The notes beneath the pieces were generated by a model. The model ran no database searches and was not told the origin of the DNA. It worked only from the letters and a program-made list of their open reading frames with translations. DNA of 64,000 nucleotides from Myxococcales bacterium. Lineage in GTDB: Bacteria > Myxococcota_A > Polyangia > Polyangiales > DASUME01. The position numbers and the translations under genes were made by a program. This document shows, in pieces, positions 61,468 through 64,000 of this stretch (positions are counted from its first letter, which is position 1; each line of letters begins with the position of its first letter). The stretch is taken from positions 7,776,001-7,840,000 of the forward strand of contig JASGJH010000001.1 of assembly GCA_047601445.1 (NCBI GenBank), in the 5' to 3' direction.

Positions 61468-61480
61468 TTCGACAGTGGTC

Positions 61481-63088
61481 ATGCCCGCCCTCAGCAGCCA
61501 AACCGACATCCGCTCCGCCGAGTTTCGACAGAACCGTGAGTCCATGCTGGCTCTGGTCGAGGAGCTGCGTGCGCGCTCGACACAGGCCCAGAAGGGCGGT
61601 GGCGAGAAGGCCATCGAGAAGCACGTCGGCCGCGGCAAGCTGCTGCCGCGGGAGCGCGTGCGGTTGTTGCTCGATCCGGGCTCGCCCTTCCTCGAGCTGA
61701 GTCCGCTGGCGGCATCCGGCATGTACGGCAACGAGGTCCCCGCCGCGGGCATCATCACCGGCATCGGTCGCATCAGCGGACGCGAGTGCGTGGTGGTCTG
61801 CAACGACGCCACCGTGAAGGGCGGCACGTACTACCCGGTCACGGTGAAGAAGCACCTGCGGGCCCAGGAGATCGCGCGCGAGAACCGCCTGCCCTGCGTG
61901 TACCTGGTGGACTCCGGTGGGGCCAACCTGCCCAACCAGGACGAGGTGTTTCCCGACAAGGAGCACTTCGGCCGCATCTTCTTCAACCAAGCCAACATGA
62001 GCGCCGCGGGCATCGCGCAGATCGCCGTGGTGATGGGCTCTTGCACCGCGGGCGGCGCTTACGTGCCCGCCATGGCCGACGAAAGCATCATCGTGCGCAA
62101 GCAGGGCACCATCTTTCTCGGCGGCCCGCCGCTGGTCAAAGCCGCCACCGGCGAGGTTGTGAGCGCCGAGGACCTCGGCGGTGCCGAAGTGCACACCAAG
62201 CAGAGCGGCGTGGCCGATCACTACGCCCTCGACGACGCGGACGCGCTCACTATTGCGCGCCGCATCGTGGGCCACCTCAATACGCGCAAGGACGTGAGCT
62301 TGAGCCTACGCGAGCCACGGGCACCGCTGTTCGACGCGGAGGAGATCCTCGGCTTGATCCCCAAGGACACCCGCATCCCCTACGACGTGCGCGAGGTGAT
62401 CGCCCGCGTGGTCGACGGCAGCGAGTTCGATGAATTCAAGCAGCGCTACGGCACCACGTTGGTCACCGGCTTCGCGCACCTGTCCGGTTATCCCGTGGGC
62501 ATCGTGGCCAACAACGGGGTCTTGTTCAGCGAGTCGGCCCTCAAGGGAGCCCACTTCGTGCAGCTCTGCGCGCAACGCGGCATCCCGCTCCTGTTCTTGC
62601 AGAACATCACCGGCTTCATGGTCGGCCAACGCTACGAGGCGGGTGGCATCGCGAAGGACGGCGCCAAGTTGGTGACCGCGGTGGCCTGCGCGCGCGTTCC
62701 CAAGCTCACGCTGATCCTGGGCGGCTCGTTCGGTGCAGGAAACTACGGCATGTGCGGGCGTGCTTACGGCCCACGCTTCCTCTTCATGTGGCCCAATGCC
62801 CGCATCAGCGTGATGGGCGGTGAGCAGGCCGCACGCGTGCTGGCCACGGTGCGGCGCGACGGACTCGAGGCCGCGGGCAAGACCATGAGTCTCGAGGAGG
62901 AGGAGCGCTTCATGGCGCCCATCCGCGCGCAATACGAGGAGCAGGGCAACCCCTACTACGCCACCGCGCGCCTGTGGGACGACGGCGTGATCGATCCGCG
63001 CGATACCCGCACCGTGCTTTCGCTCGCCCTGAGCGCAGCGCTCAATGCACCCATCGAGAGCACGCCGTTCGGCGTGTTCAGGATGTGA
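61481..63088 (+). CDS. liuB: 3-methylcrotonyl-CoA carboxylase beta (carboxyltransferase) subunit
   Basis: [47 protein letters not shown] and [12 protein letters not shown]. Confidence 0.92.
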   Translation: MPALSSQTDIRSAEFRQNRESMLALVEELRARSTQAQKGGGEKAIEKHVGRGKLLPRERVRLLLDPGSPFLELSPLAASGMYGNEVPAAGIITGIGRISGRECVVVCNDATVKGGTYYPVTVKKHLRAQEIARENRLPCVYLVDSGGANLPNQDEVFPDKEHFGRIFFNQANMSAAGIAQIAVVMGSCTAGGAYVPAMADESIIVRKQGTIFLGGPPLVKAATGEVVSAEDLGGAEVHTKQSGVADHYALDDADALTIARRIVGHLNTRKDVSLSLREPRAPLFDAEEILGLIPKDTRIPYDVREVIARVVDGSEFDEFKQRYGTTLVTGFAHLSGYPVGIVANNGVLFSESALKGAHFVQLCAQRGIPLLFLQNITGFMVGQRYEAGGIAKDGAKLVTAVACARVPKLTLILGGSFGAGNYGMCGRAYGPRFLFMWPNARISVMGGEQAARVLATVRRDGLEAAGKTMSLEEEERFMAPIRAQYEEQGNPYYATARLWDDGVIDPRDTRTVLSLALSAALNAPIESTPFGVFRM

Positions 63089-63093
63089 CGCCC

Positions 63094-64000
63094 ATGTTCG
63101 AGAGCGTACTCGTCGCCAACCGTGGTGAGATTGCCTGTCGCGTCATCCGCACCTTGGATCGCCTCGGCATTCGCAGCGTGGCTGTGTGCTCCGAGGCCGA
63201 TCGCGGCGCGCTCTTCACGCGCCTGGCGGATCAGGTCATCGAGATCGGCCCGGCCCCCGCGCGCGAGAGCTATCTGCGGGCAGACAGGGTGCTCGAGGCT
63301 GCCAGGCTGAGCGGCGCCCAGGCCATCCACCCTGGCTACGGCTTCCTCTCCGAGAACGCGGCGTTCGCCGAAGCGTGTGCGGCACAGGGGGTGCGCTTCA
63401 TCGGTCCGAGCCCACGCGCCATCGCAGCCATGGGCCTCAAGGACGCCGCCAAGGCCATGATGGAGCGTGCCGGCGTTCCCGTGGTGCCGGGCTATCACGG
63501 CGAACAGCAGGACCCGGCGCGGCTCGCTCAGGAGGCCGTGCGCATCGGCTTTCCAGTGCTCATCAAGGCCGTGGCCGGCGGCGGCGGCAAGGGCATGCGC
63601 CGCGTCGACCGGGCGGAGGACTTTCGGGCCGCTCTCGAGGGAGCCCAGCGCGAGGCCGCCGGCGCCTTCGGCGACGAGCGCGTGCTGATCGAAAAGTACC
63701 TCACCCGTCCGCGACACATCGAGCTCCAGGTCTTCGCCGACAGCCATGGCCACGCCGTGCACCTCTTCGAGCGCGACTGCTCACTCCAGCGGCGCCATCA
63801 AAAGGTACTCGAGGAGGCTCCCGCGCCGGGCATGTCGAGCGAGATGCGTGCGGCCATGGGAGCTGCCGCGGTCAAGGCCGCGCTCGCCATCGGCTACGAG
63901 GGAGCGGGCACGGTCGAGTTCATCGCGGACGTCTCGCAGGGCCTCCATCCCGACCGCTTCTACTTCATGGAGATGAACACGCGCCTGCAGGTGGAGCATC
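63094..64000 (+). CDS. liuD: 3-methylcrotonyl-CoA carboxylase alpha (biotin carboxylase) subunit, truncated by the window end
   Basis: Hand-read from ATG 63094: [57 protein letters not shown]. Confidence 0.9.
   Translation, partial: MFESVLVANRGEIACRVIRTLDRLGIRSVAVCSEADRGALFTRLADQVIEIGPAPARESYLRADRVLEAARLSGAQAIHPGYGFLSENAAFAEACAAQGVRFIGPSPRAIAAMGLKDAAKAMMERAGVPVVPGYHGEQQDPARLAQEAVRIGFPVLIKAVAGGGGKGMRRVDRAEDFRAALEGAQREAAGAFGDERVLIEKYLTRPRHIELQVFADSHGHAVHLFERDCSLQRRHQKVLEEAPAPGMSSEMRAAMGAAAVKAALAIGYEGAGTVEFIADVSQGLHPDRFYFMEMNTRLQVEH

Noticed and set aside
63094..64000. liuD as a pseudogene because it is absent from the ORF track
   Set aside because: The frame is open with intact motifs up to the window edge; it only lacks a stop codon within the window

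Overview
GC-rich, densely coding bacterial chromosome segment, almost certainly from Myxococcota (probably Polyangia-like). The assignment rests on eukaryote-like Ser/Thr kinases with the HRDVSPxN loop, a Tgl/PilF-type TPR lipoprotein, Cys-rich and DAG/GD-repeat lipoproteins and sigma54 promoters. About 55 CDSs are present: two divergent Ser/Thr kinases, an RpoH-family sigma factor, a sulfatase/HAD pair, two biotin-dependent carboxylase systems, yitJ, an orphan oppDF pair, a tgl-rodZ-recO block followed by an MCP-less chemosensory cluster (cheY-cheA-cheW-cheW-HEAT-cheR-cheB-GAF-cheY), uppP, trpF/trpB/trpA plus an Anbu proteasome-like protease, a MarR/TolC-MFP-RND efflux locus, dciA, aroA, a large FG-GAP/CARDB lipoprotein, rnd, two tandem PAS-GGDEF-EAL genes, fxsA and LysR/liuB-liuD. 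I saw no rRNA, tRNA, CRISPR array, IS element or prophage. The most striking feature missing from the ORF track is a complete ribosome-mediated tryptophan attenuator between trpF and trpB: an apparently leaderless 19-aa peptide MLQRTNQHRPAPAGLWWPR with mutually exclusive 1:2, 2:3 and 3:4 hairpins. It controls trpB-trpA and possibly the downstream Anbu protease. Other signals include a recurring leaderless-promoter architecture, sigma54 promoters ahead of the sigma factor and the sulfatase, repeated operators and a MerR-style 19-bp-spacer promoter at the efflux operon, an MshEN-like motif inside a kinase, atypical heme motifs, a LITAF-like zinc-ribbon membrane protein and a 35-bp hairpin tandem repeat in the liuB leader. 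All family calls come from motif recognition by eye, not from database searches.
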